A stretch of DNA of 63,950 nt, the filler included, from Reclinomonas americana ATCC 50394 (Eukaryota), in NCBI GenBank assembly GCA_048213135.1. It is 7 parts of 3 records of this genome, joined end to end, with 100 filler letters (N's around TTAATTAATTAA, not from the genome) between each part and the next. Parts side by side here need not be neighbours in the genome. Positions count along the whole stretch, not along the records: positions 1 to 30,518 come from PS015027.1; 6 more parts are not named here. One strand, 5' to 3'. A model generated the notes under the pieces. The model saw only the letters and a list, made by a program, of their open reading frames with translations. It made no database searches and was not told the DNA's origin. Made by a program: the position numbers and the translations under genes. The first letter of the stretch is position 1, and each line of letters begins with the position of its first letter. Shown here piece after piece: positions 11,678 to 24,616 of this stretch.

Positions 11678-14486
11678 ATGTGGTGCAGTGTGCCTGCGCA
11701 TCGACTGTGGGAGCGCGGTGGCATTCGTCACCTCTCTGTCATCAGTGATGATCTCTCACAAATCACAGACAACCGTCTGTTGCGTCTCTCTCTCACTCAC
11801 ACACACTCACACTCAGTCACTATGTGTGTACACTCACACAGGCGCATCACACAGACTGCGCGACTCGCTTGACCGCTGTGTGCAGTCGGGTGCGCCTCTG
11901 AAAGCCGCCTTTCTCGTCAGTGGTCTCTTGTCGCAGTGGCAGCGTCGTGTGGAGCAGATTGTGGAGGCACTGGAGTTCACTGATGTGGCAGTGCACACCA
12001 CCTCTGACACACTGCTGGCCGCACTGGAGCATGAGTGCTCGTCGTATGAGTTGCGCTCCTCCAGGGGAAGGGAGTTGTTGTTGTTCACCACACTCACTCT
12101 GTGACACACGCAGAGAGTTTGAGGAGGCAGTGACACAGCGCATTCGACGAGCCACAAAGCACAGCAGCATGTTTCGTTTTTTTCTCTGACTGGTCGCAGC
12201 AGCGCCCATGCTTCACTCATGTTGTGGTCGTGTTAGCTCGGTGCGCGTGCACTACCTGCCACTGTTCTCGTTTGAGGTGTTTCCGCAGCTGCACATCTTC
12301 CCGTCGTTCTGCACGGCGCGGGATTGGATGAAGCATGGTGGGGCTGTGGCGACTGTGGATCCGTTTTTCATGCTCGAGTCGGAGCTGGAGGCGCAGCTCG
12401 AGGGGCAACGGTGTGTGCGCGCGATGTGGGGGAGGCGAAGACTGCGGTTGTGTTGGGCACTGACCGCTGCTCCTCTTGTCGGCAGACTCTCCGAGGTCGA
12501 GGATCTGAACCCGGTCAAGGAGCGCGTCTCGTTGCTTGGTGTGTGTGTGTGTGCGTGTGTGTTGTGGGGTGCGTGGGAAGAGAAAGGCTGGTGGCTTACT
12601 CCACTCAGCAAATGCACTGGCCACCACGATTGCGTACCAAAACCTGGAGCTGAGTCTGTTTGCGTGCGGTCCGCTGGCACACCTGGTGGCCGCCCGCACG
12701 CAAATGTACTTGTCGCGGACGGAACACAGTCGCGAGGAAAAGGCCGCCGTGGTCATTGTGGATCGAGTTGCGTGGTGGCGACGGCGAACGGATGATGCAC
12801 AGGGGTATTTTTCGTACTCACTTGCTTGATGCAGGCACTCGATCTGGCCTCGCCACTGCTGGCGGCCACGCATCTGGTCGATCGCCTGTTTGAGATGCAC
12901 GAGCGACAGCCGCAGCGCGCCACCGACATTCTCATTCCTCTGCCGGGTGATGACGTCGATGGAGGTGACCGCACTCATTCTTTCTCGCTCCCTTCCGACT
13001 CCTCCTCCCTCTGCGCTGACATGATATTCAGGAGCCCTGCTCACGCACTCACTTGTACAACCGGATCCGCATCGCTTGCGTGTGATTTGCGACAAGAGCA
13101 CCGTGTGTTCGAACACCGACGCTGTTGCATCTGCCGGCACCGTGTATGCGCGGCTGCGCAATGTGCTGGACAAGGACCCAGTGTGCCACGACTTTATTCA
13201 CCACTTGCCTGTTGCGTGCAGTTGGATGATAATTCCTGTCTGTGGAGTGAAACAGTGTGGAATGACGCATGGGCGTGCAGCAGGTCAAGAGTCCAGTGAC
13301 ACCGGTGGAGTTCCGCCAGTTGCTCCCGTTCCGAGACGATGGCGTGGGTGCGCATTTGGCACGACACCAACACCTGTTGCCGCTGCATGCATTGGCGCTG
13401 GCCTGTGCCGGCGCTCTCGATGACACGCCCGCCAATCGTCGAGCAGCACCGCTGCGTGAGATGCAGGAGGTATGACTGGCAAGCATCGTGTAGCATCGTG
13501 TGTTCTCACTCCCTTGGCCGTCGCCGCAGATGCTGATATGGCTCTCCACGCAAGAATCACCGGAGGAGACGTGTCTCGCACAGATTGCCGCTCACGTCAA
13601 GGCCAACGGTGCGTATTTGTGCGCGCGTGGCGTGACAAACTCACCTTTGCTCACTCGTGGTATGTGTTGTGCAGCCGACATGGAGTTTGCGGACGCGGTG
13701 TCACTTCTCGTGTTTTGCTGTTCTTTGCACGGACCGAACATGGTGCCTGTGCTGCATGCTGGTGGTGACACGGGCCTGTTGGGCAGCATTCTGCACCACT
13801 TCCGCCGCTTGGAGCTGCGCGAGGAGGTGACTGATTTGTTGCACCAGGTGGCGGTGTCTCGCTCCGAACTCGGCGACGATTAGTTGCGTCTCGATTGGCA
13901 TGCACATATCCCCAATGCGTTTATTTCTAACCGTGCACGCCCGTCCTTGCTGCCAGCTTTGGCTCGCTGCTCAACCAGGACAGCGAGTCGCTGCAGGGCG
14001 TGTGCTCGCGCATCATCTCGGTGCTGGGATCCGTGGACCATCGCAAAGTGCGTGACCACGGCATCATGCCGATCGACGACGGCGGCGTATCGTCACTGCT
14101 GTCTTCGTCGCTGAGGTGTGGTAGCGCTCGTTCGTATTCATGTCTTACGAGTCAGCACCACTCATGCGTCGCCGTTCACACGCAGTGCCTTCTTCACCTC
14201 GTCGAAAGACACGGTGTGGAGTCGCTCCGACACCATTATCATTTGCGTTCTCGGCGGCATCACGCTGGCCGAGTATCGCGACATTATGACTGCGGCGAAC
14301 GCACAGGCACAATCGAAAAATGTTACGCGTGCCCGTGACGCATCTCTCTGATTGACCGTGATTGACGCATCCACCCGTGTGTATCATCTGTCACAGATCA
14401 TGATATGGTCCACCAGTCTGCTCGACGCCAACTCTCTCGCCCGACAACTTGCCACCCGCGTGCCAACCGTAACCTCAAAATTGTAA
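11678..14486 (+). CDS. SCFD2: Sec1/Munc18-family protein, SCFD2-like, multi-exon (start approximate)
   Basis: Spliced AAVVIVDR|ALDLASPLLAATHLVDRLF and C-terminal TIIICVLGGITLAEYRDI...IMIWSTSLL are Sec1-family motifs; the overall layout fits the SCFD2 clade; stop TAA at 14484-14486. Confidence 0.7.
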
Positions 14487-14519
14487 CCTCTCTCCGTCAT
14501 TCATTCACTTCTATACTGC

Positions 14520-17500
14520 CTACTGCGCCAGCCACTTCTCTATGTGATCCACCAGTTCCCGTGTGGCCGGCCGTACTCTCCGCGCCTGCTGCTCCTCGTC
14601 GGCACCCGCTAGTCGCCACACTCGGCTCCAGCCGTCGTGCAACGCCTGTTGCATTGCAGATCGCACGCTTCGCTCACGCAGCGCCGGTGAGCGCGGCACG
14701 TCCTCGTCGCTACCATCATCGCCGCCATCGTCACCGCTACCATCTCCGCTACCACTACCACTGCCGCTGCCGCTAGCGCCCTCGGCCGCCGCCGTGGAAA
14801 CCGCCATTTGCGATGCTGATCGCGGCGCCAGGTACCGTCCAAGGAGGCACACGTTGCGGTGCACGCGCTCCCAGTCGCCTGCATTCCTCCACCATCAGCA
14901 CTGCGACTGTGATTCACAGAACCACACACACACAAAAAACACACTCACCGCTATCGGCCGCGCTCACTAGTGACGCCGCCATGGCTTGCGCCCACTGCAC
15001 CTGGACATCACCGGCCGGCGATCGGCACGCGACCGCCGACAGCAGCGCCGCTGTCTTCACCAGCAGCACGCTGTCGTCATCGAAAAACATGGGTTGCGCT
15101 GCCGTCCGACACAGATGCGTCCACAGTGCCGCGTCCTCCAGCAGCAGATGCACCAGCGGAGTCTTGGTGAAGGCAATCAACAGATCCAGCAGCGTGTAGC
15201 GCACATTGAAGAGTGCATCCTCCAGATCCTCCATACCAAATTCGTCGTCCTCGTCGTCGTCGTCACCCTCGCCACGATCCTCTCGTGCACCCTCGCGTGC
15301 ATCTCGCGCACTCAGCCGCTCATCGGTGAGCTCATCCGACACAAACCGGACGGCCAGTCGCAGCAGCAGCTCACATTCGTCGAGCAGTGCATTGGGTTCC
15401 TCCAGCTCGTCGCCGGCACCCAACAGCAGCATCTCCAACGTGTGCAAACAGAATGGACCCACAGTGTAAAACTGGCGACTGTGTGTCGCCAGCGAGCCCG
15501 CCACGGGCAGGAAGCGCGAGCGCAGAAGGCGGACGGCTCGAAGCCGCGCATCGGCGCTAATGGCATCCGGGCACGCAAACGCAATGCGGCCGAGTCCACG
15601 CATCACACTCGCGAGTGCGTCAATGTCGTGCAGGTCGGGCTGGAATGACTCAATGGTCATCAGCAGCAGCGACACGGTTTCGGTGACCAGGGGCCGGAAG
15701 GCGTCGGCTTCGTCGTCGTCCATCAAGCAGAAGGCAACATCTCTGCATTGTGGGGTGGCAAATCAGCGAGTATCCCTGCTTCACGCGGGGTCGACGTGCA
15801 CGCAACGCCAGGATTTCAGGATCACGCAAGCGGAACAGAATGAGATGCTTCAACTCCTCCAGGTGCGACTTGACGTGATGCTGTGCAGTGTGCCGTGAAC
15901 GCGATGAGACGACCATGGTACCTTTTCGACTTGTTGGAACGCCGTGCGGCACAACGCAACATCGGCCACACGAATCCATGCGCTCAGCGCCTTGATGACA
16001 CCGACTCGCACCTCGTGTACCTTTTTCTCGCTCCACTCGCGCTCTTCACCGCCCTGCTGCTGCTGAGCCGGCACAGGACGCTCATTTTCATGGGCTAACC
16101 GCATTGGCCTGGCATCGTCATCGTAATCATCATCGTCGTCATCGTCGTCATCCTCCTCGCCCTCTCCGTCATCGTCTTCCTCCTCGTCATCGACGTGACC
16201 ACCGCGGCTAATGAACCCCGGACTCGCATCCGCTTCCTGCTCTCACGTCAGTCAATTTCACACGCTTCTTGCGCAGCGCACAGTTGACACTCACCAAGAA
16301 CCGCTCCGCGCACGTCTTGAGCGTGCCAAAAAGCGAGTCGAGCGGCGCCGAGCTCTCGTCGGACGATGAGGCCACACGCGCGAGGAACTCTGCGCGCCAG
16401 CACATGCCATCATTCCCATGCACGACAAGAGGGGAGAACACACGCGCAGAACTTACCATTGCCACCTGCAACGGCTGACATGGCGGCACAAAACTTGCGC
16501 AGTGCCTTCAGCGTCGGCAGCAGCACCAGCTCAGGATCCGGTTTCGGGCCAGCGCGGTCGCCGCGGAGAGTACGCGAACAAAACTCCAACAGTGACTCGG
16601 CAAACATGGCGAACAGCGGATGTGCCGGCGACATGGCCGATGTCACAAAACTCAACACCAATGGCACGACATCCGGACACTCGGCTGCATACACAACAAC
16701 AGCATAGACAGAAGCGTGAGATCGCAGCGCCCACAACGTTAGAGGTGTGATACCAACCTTGCACTTGCTCGTTGCACAGGGCGCTGTGTAGCGTCTCCAG
16801 CAGCACTCGGGAAAAGGGAAAGTCTGCGTGTGCGAGTGAGGACGGAGAGAAAGAGAAAAGAGTGGGTGGACGATAGAGGTCGTAACTCTGCTCATCCAGC
16901 AGCACGGTGACGCGCTCCTCCTGCTCTTTGCTGGTCAGCACAGGTGGGTGATCCGTCTCCCCAGCATCCGCGTCTTGCACAGCCTCAATGAGCTCCGTCA
17001 CCACAGACGACTTGGGCAGTCGGTGCTCGTCGCAGCGCAGATTGCACGCATTCTCCGCCACACGTCCGGTCAACTCCAGCGCCGCCGACAGCGACAGCCG
17101 CACACCGTCACCGACGCCAAGACTGGCCACATGCATCGTGAGGGAAAAAATACACACGCTCACGCACACGTACATATGGGGAGCGACTGTTTCATGACGC
17201 ACCTCACAATCGGCACCGACACCTCCAGAATCTCGCGCGACATCTCCAGCAACGACAGCGGCGACATCATGCCAACCACTGTGCGCATGTACTTGATGCC
17301 GGTGACAAAGAGCATATGTGCGTGCTGCTGCCGCGCGTCTTCTCCTCCGTCGGCGGCCACCACCAGCGCCAGCGCACTCTGCGACAAGCGCGACAGGCAC
17401 ACCAACACTGCACGAGTGGCCGTCTCCCCGCCAATGCCGGCACTGTACTCCTTGGTGTGATGGCCGATGAGCCGGAGGAGGATCTTGAGGGCCTCCAGCT

Positions 17501-18058
17501 GCACGCGCACAATGGCATCGTGCTCCACACTCGCATGCCGCATGTACGTGCCGAGTGCGTCGGCCAGCGGACCCACGACGGTCGCCGGAACACTGCTGCG
17601 GTACGGATTCTTGTCAATCAGCTGCATGGAGACGCACACAAAAGTGAGTGTGGAGAGCTGAGCATGGGACCTCCTCGCGCACGCTCTACTTCACCGTGTC
17701 AATCACCGGTAGCAAGCGACGATGCACGGCGACGTGTCGACCAGCAGAGTCTGTGTGCACATGAGCACACGAGCACAGTGAGAGAGAGAGAGAAGAGGAA
17801 GTCTCTGCGCGCACCTGCGATAAACCGCTGCGATGCCTCTCTCACGGCCACCACATGCGCCTCGAGCACTGTGCGACACGCACGCGAGGATTCACGCATT
17901 GCTCCGAGTGCATTTCGTACATAGTCTGTGTGCGCACACAGTGAGCAAGTGCGTACATTGTGCGCGTAAGAGTGTGTGCATGTGTCACCTTGCAAGGCTT
18001 GAGGCGATGTGCAGCCCACAATCTGGCGCAAAACTTGCGACTCGACACTTGCGTCCAT
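14520..18058 (-). CDS. HEAT/ARM-repeat alpha-solenoid protein with acidic loops, family not assigned, multi-exon
   Basis: Long amphipathic-helix exons (e.g. 14950-15740, 16460-16740, 17205-17620) joined by GT-AG introns; D/E-rich inserts at ~15230-15280 and 16115-16195; probable ATG at 18058 (MDASVESQ). Confidence 0.55.
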
Positions 18059-18238
18059 TTTTTTCGATGCAAATGGACAGATTGGTACGCGAGCAATGGC
18101 CATCACACCGTTACAGCAGATTTTTTCATCGCGCGCCAAATCGTCTTCGAGAGAGTGTGTTCGTTGAGGGCGTGTGCGTGAGTGTCGCACTGTTGGAGTG
18201 AGACAAGGAGAGAAGACAGAAAGAAAAGAGAGAGAGAT

Positions 18239-21200
18239 ATGCGACACGTGAGCGCGTTGTCGCTGGCGGTGGTGGCAGCAGTGCTGCTGCTGCTGATGGT
18301 GGTGACTGTGAGTGCAGCAGCACCCAACTTGCTGGTGAACCCGCCAGCGGGTACGCCACCGGCCGTCGGCAGTGTGGTCGACTATGAGCAGAAGCGCGGC
18401 AACGGCTTGTCGGTGAAGAGCAACTCGTTGGTGAATCTGACGCAGTCGCAAAAGGATGCGCTCATTGCGCAGCACAACACGGAGCGTGCGGCTGTCACCG
18501 GCGCCAACATGCTGGCTGCCGTGTGGGACTCGGGTGCGTTGTTTCCCATGCCACTCTTGTAAGTCGCAGTTTCGCTCATCGCGGTTTTTCTTTCGTGTAG
18601 CACTCGAGGCCGATGCTGCGGCGTGGGCTCTGTTGTGCGTCTTCCAGCACGACTTGAGTGGCACGGGAGAGGGCGAGAATCTGGCTGCGCAGTGGCCGTT
18701 CAGCTCCATCACTGCCCCCACGCAGCTGGGACAGGGTTGGGTCGACGAGAAGCAGTGTTGAGTTGTTGTTGTTGTTGTTGTCTATTTCTCCCAACTCGGC
18801 ACTCATGCGTCCCACAGGGTACACGTTCCCGAGCACGTGCACAGCACCAGCGAGCAACACCTGCTACCATTACACGCAGGTTTGATGCGAGCGAGATTGT
18901 GGGTTTGTCGCGCGCGTTCTTCTAAGATTTAAGCGCATATATCCTTGTTGTCGATAGATGATCTGGGCGTCGAGCTACCGCGTCGGGTACGCACAACTCT
19001 CTTCCCCCAGCAAGGGTTGACCCCGTGGCTGACATTTGTTTGCGTCTGCAGCTGCGCGTTGGCCAACTGCATGGACACGGCGAATGACAATATTCCCGCT
19101 GGCGGTAGCAACTGGGGCTTCCTGGTGCGCTTTTATCTTTATTTTGCTCTTCCCTCTTTCATCTCGCGCGGTTGCTCACTCGTGCTGGGGTTCGTTTCAG
19201 GTGTGCCGCTACTCGCCGCAGGGCAACTTTGTCGACGGCACCGGCACTCTGCTGCCGCCGTACACTCCGGGTCAGTGCACCAACTACAACAGCGGCTCTG
19301 GCACATGCCCGAGCACGCAGCCCGTGTGCACTGGCAAGCTGTGCTACGCCTCGACGAGTTGCGGAGAGGACTCGCCATTGGCGTCGCTATAGTTTCTGCA
19401 CTCACACACGCACGCACATTCGCTGCAGGCTTCAACTGCTCGTCGCTGAACAACTGCAATGGTGCCGCTGGCACCTGCACGGCAAACAACGTCTGGTGTG
19501 TTTATTTGACTTTGCATAATCTCCCTCGCCTCGTATTTCAGCATCTCACTTTCGTCGCCACAGCACGTGCAACGCTGGTTTCACTGGCGCCGACTGCGGT
19601 TGCAACACGTCGAGCTCATGCACTGGTGCCAACCAGACATGCAACACTGCCGGCGTCAACGGTGCTTGCTCATGCATTGGCAACTACGCCACACCTTCTT
19701 GCACTCAGTGCCTCAACGGATTCTACGGCGCGACCTGCACCGGCACCTGCTCCACCTGGTCAGTGCACGTCTCCACAGTAGTCACCAATGTGCCGTCGCT
19801 GACATGACAAACCATCCCCTCGTTCTCAGCGTGGCGGCCAACACTCAGTCGTGCACCAGCACCACGTCGGGTGGCTGCAACTGCAAGGCGGGTGCTGCCG
19901 GTCCCAACTGCCAGTACACCAACAGCGGCACTTGCAGTGGCCACGGCACTGCGCAGGCCAATGGCTCGTGCGTGTGCAATGCAGGCTACAGCGGCGCCGA
20001 CTGCTCGTCTTGCGCCGCCGGTTTCTACGGCCCCACGTGCGCCGGCAGCTGCTCGGCTTGCAGCGCTGCTGGCACGCAGTCGTGCAGCTCGGGTATCAAT
20101 GGTACCGGCTGCGTCTGCAACACTGGCTTCACTGGTACCAACTGGTCTGTGCACTCGCCGTTCCCTCACACTTGGCGTGCGTCGGCGGTGGCTCACAAGC
20201 TGTGCGCTTTTGTTTTTCCTCACGCAGCGACCAATGCTTGCCCGGCAAGTTTGGTCCGACTTGCAGCGGCACGTGTCCGACGTGCCAGAACGGTGGCACA
20301 TGCAACTCGGTGGGTCGACAGCATTGCTGCTGACGATATATTGTCATTGTGGGCAACTCATGTGTTGCGCTACGTAGGGTGTGTCGGGCAATGGAACGTG
20401 CCAGTGCCAGGCTGGCTCCAGTGGCCCTCTCTGCCAGTGCATCAATGCCACCACCTGCAGTGGAAACGGCTCGTGCGACAGCAGCGGCTCCTGCGTGTGC
20501 CAGTCTGGATTTGTGGGCCCCGCCTGCCAGTGCCAGAATGGAACCACTTGGTGCGTTGTGTTTGTGTGTGCATGTTTGGCATGGCTGGCTTGTCGCTCAC
20601 ACACACTGCAGCAAGAACGGTGGAACATGCCAAGCCAACGGCTCGTGCTCGTGCACTGGCAACTTTGGCGGCTCCACTTGCAACACTTGCCAGCCGAACT
20701 TCTTCGGTGCCACCTGCTCCGGCGTGTGCCCGACTTGCCTGAACGGCGGCACGTTGCGTGGAAATTGGCCATTGATAAATGGTGTGCAGTGCCTTGTGAC
20801 TCATCGCCTCTCCCGTCATCAGTTGCAACCAGGGCATCTCTGGCAACGGTCTGTGCCAATGCCCTGCAGGCACTGCTGGCGCCACTTGCCAGTGCTCCAA
20901 TGCCACCACCTGCAACGGAAATGGCACGTGCAATGCCTCTGGTACCTGCGTGTGCAGCTCCAGCTTTAGCGGGTCAGATTGCTCGCAGTGCGCCACTGGC
21001 CGCTTCGGCAGCGCTTGCGACGGTGACTGCAACCAATGCGATGCTATTGGCTCGTCTGGCTGCTCGCAGGGCGTTGCCGGCACCGGCTGCCAGTGCAAGC
21101 CAGGTTTCACTGGCAAGTTCTGCGACCAGTGCCAAGCTGGCAAGTTTGGCAACGATTGGTGCGTGGAATCGCTCGCCTGTCACACACTATGGCCAGGGAA

Positions 21201-24200
21201 AGTCACTCAACGTACTTGTGCACAGCTCCGGCTCTTGCCCGACATGCCTCAACGGCGGCACTTGCAACGACGGTCGCCAGGGTAACGGTATCTGCTCGTG
21301 CACCGGCAACTTCAGCACCACCAACTGTGGCGACTGCAAGCCCAACTTCTTTGGTCCCGAGTGCACTGGCAACTGCGGTGCTTGGTGAGTGCTCACTTGC
21401 CGCCGCCAAAACTTGCACATAATCACTCACATTTTACGCAATGCAGCACGGCGGGTGCGTCGTCGGGCTGCGTGCCGGGCATCAACGGCACTGGCTGCAC
21501 GTGCAACGCAGGTTTTGCTGGACCTCTGTGCCAGTACTCGGATGCAGTGACTTGGTTGCGTTATTCGTGTCTCTCTCTTGCTGCAATGCAAGTGCTGCTG
21601 TCTTTGTCTTGCTGACGAGATTCCTCCCTCAGCAACGGGCGTGGTGTGGCACAAAACAACGGCTCGTGCGTCTGCAGCGGCAACTATGGTGGAGCCAATT
21701 GCAGCAGCTGCGCCACTGGGTTCTTTGGCCCGAACTGCACTGGCCAGTGCGCCAATTGGTGAGTGTGGAGTGAGTTGCGAGTTATTTTTGGGGTGATGGA
21801 GGTGCTGACCTTGACAATGGACACAGCGTCGCGGCCAACACCTCGTCATGCACCAATGGCCCCTCGGGCACTGGCTGCGTGTGCAACATTGGAGCCGCCG
21901 GCACCAACTGCCAGTTCACGAACGCCACGACTTGCAATGGTCACGGCACAGTGACGTCCACTGGCAGCTGCGTGTGCACCACAAACTTCACCGGCGCCAC
22001 TTGCAACGCATGTGCCACCGGCCTCTTCGGCGCGCAATGCGATGGCTTGTGCTCGGCGTGCAATCCGACTGGCACCGCATCGTGCTCGGCCGGCATCAAT
22101 GGCACCGGGTGCCAGTGCAAGACCGGTTTCACTGGCGACAAGTGCGACAAGTGCGACGGCGACTTTTTCGGTCCCAACTGCGAGAGCGACTGCCCGACCT
22201 GCCTCAACGGCGGCGTGTGCGACACCAACCTGTCCAGCACCGGCAAGTGCATCTGCCCGGCAAACTACGCTGGTGACGTGTGCGACATTTGCGCGCCAGG
22301 ATTCTACGGTCCAAGCTGCGCTGGCTTGTGCTCGCAGTGGTGCGTTGGCCTACCATCCCATTCCCTTCTTTGCAGTCACTCACCTGCGAGGATGTGTTTC
22401 GCAGTGTGTCGGCCAACACGGATTCGTGCCAGGGTGGTCTGGCGGGTGTCGGCTGCGTCTGCAAGAACGGCGCTGTGGGTGCCCTCTGCCAGTACACTCG
22501 TGCACTGACCTGCTCCGGCAACGGTATTCCGGTCGCCGACGGCTCATGCGCCTGCGACATTGGCTTCACCGGTGCCGCGTGCAACATGTGCACCGCCAAT
22601 CGCTCCGGACCCAAGTGTGTCGACTGCTCCACCTGCAACGCCAGCAACACGCTGGCGTGCAGCCCGGGCATCGCCAACGCCGGCTGCCAGTGCAAGGCCA
22701 ACTACGGAGGCCCGACGTGCAGCGACTGCGCGCCGGGTTTCTTTGGCGCCACCTGCACCGGCATCTGCGCCACGTGCACCAACGGTGGCACTTGCAACGG
22801 TGGCATCAATGGCAATGGTCAGTGCAACTGCCCGACCAACCGCGTGGGTCCGACGTGCGCCACTTGCGCCACGAACTTTACCGGTGCCGACTGCCTCTGC
22901 AGCAAGACATCGGGCTGGTCAGTACCTCACCATTTTGCGTGTGTCATTTTGGTATCCGCTGTGCAACTTATAGGATGATGATCTTGCAGCACTGGTCTCA
23001 ACCAGCTCGGCTGCGACCCGACTGGCACCAACGGGCAGTGCCTGTGCAAGACCAACTACGATCCGACCACCAATTGCACTCGTTGCGTTTCGCGTGCAAC
23101 CAGGCACACAAGTGGGTTGTCACTGGGCGGTCGCTCACCTCGCTGTACATGCAGAGTGCGTGTTTGGCTGGACCGGTCCGAACTGCTCGCAGTTGCTGTT
23201 GCACCCCAAGCTGCAGCCACCGAAGGAGGTGTTTGGCTTCCGCCTCGGCAAGGGTGCGCGTGAACTACTTTCTCTCTCTCTCTATCCCTCTTCCATCCTC
23301 TCTTCTTCTTCTCACACGTTGCATGTGCGTTTCGCAGTCAACAACTTCCTGCGCAACACTGCCTGCGAGAACACTCAGTTGAAGATTGAGTGCCCGAGCC
23401 TCGAGTTCATCCACTTGATCGGCGCCGCCTGGCGACCGGCGTGGCCGACGGAGTGCCCGGCTCAGAGCCTAAACTTCAACCACGGTGTGGCCTCCGGCTG
23501 CAAGGCCGCCTACGTCATCAACGACGTCAGGCCGTACTGCCAGGGCCTGCAAAAGTGCTCCATCACGCTGGCGGATCTGCGTCTGAAGAAGACGTGTCCG
23601 GGCGCCGGTGTCGACACTGGCTACTTGCTCGAGGTCGACTACGTGTGCACGGAGACGCAGAAGGCGTACCAGCCGCGCCCGTCTGGCTTGTCCGGCAAGC
23701 GCAGCCATGGTCACGGTCACCGCCAGGGACACGGCCACAACAACTACAATGGCGGTCGCGAAAACCACCACCACCACGGACAGCAGCGTGTCAACCAGCA
23801 CCAGCACCAGCACCGCCAGCCGATTGTGAACCAACACAATCACAATCAGCATCACCACCATCAGCACAACCGCGTCAACTCGGCCACCAACTACAACCAG
23901 CCGATTCGCCAGTACAACGGTGACTACGATCAGAACGACGCGCCGTACGTGCAGCCTGTGCGCCCGTACAATGCGCCGCGGCCATCGGCCCCGCCGCCAC
24001 CACCGCCGTACGGCTACGCGCCGATCAACGGCAACCTGCCGCCACAGCAGCCGTACTACGATGCCCAGCAGCAGTACCCGTACCGTGCGCAGGCTGCGGC
24101 ACCGTTTGGCTCGCAGTACGCCACCGATTACGTCGACTATGCTTCGGCGGCGACGGCACCGGCCAACGACCAGGACAGGTGACTATTTGTTGTGTGTATG

Positions 24201-24418
24201 TGTGTGTGCGGGTCATTGTCCCTCTTTCTCTCGCCATTGCTACTGTGTACTGATGCAATGTGGGGTGTTGCAGTTTTGATTACTGGCAAGGACAATACGA
24301 TGACCAGGCATCCTATGGTGGAGCCGCCGAGTATCAGCAGCAGCCGACAGGCGCTGCATACGGCAGCGACGACTACGATGCATGGGCACCTGCCGCCGGC
24401 AACAATTATTACCCGTAA
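18239..24418 (+). CDS. Secreted protein: signal peptide + CAP (SCP/PR-1) domain + long array of EGF/laminin-EGF-like repeats + SUEL/rhamnose-binding-type lectin domain + His/Gln/Asn/Tyr/Pro-rich tail; about 20 introns
   Basis: Signal MRHVSALSLAVVAAVLLLL; CAP motifs HNTER, GENLA, CYHYTQMIW, VGCA, VCRYSPQGN; Cys-Gly repeats CxNGGTC, CSGHGT, GFxGPxC across 19280-23190; TACEN.QLKIECP...CQGLQKCSI...TCPG...YLLEVDYVC (23345-23650); last exon 24274-24418 ends YYP-TAA. Confidence 0.85.
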
Positions 24419-24616
24419 TGTGTGGGATGGAAAAAAGATAACGACAACAAGATCTGAATGTCTCTTTCATGTTTGTGTGTGTTTTGTGTGCGTGTTCTCT
24501 GCGTCTCCATGTATGTTGCGTGTCACTCTTGCCTCTATTTTCCCTCTCGAACGCGAGCGAGCACCCATGTTGTGAAACATTGAAAAACCGAATGCGCGTG
24601 CTGTGAAAAACAACAT

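Noticed and set aside
13881-13883. In-frame stops in ORFs suggesting a reassigned genetic code (e.g. TAG at 13881)
   Set aside because: The cases examined are resolved by GT-AG introns (TA|GTTGCG...CAG|C = Tyr), and well-supported genes end in ordinary TAA or TGA.
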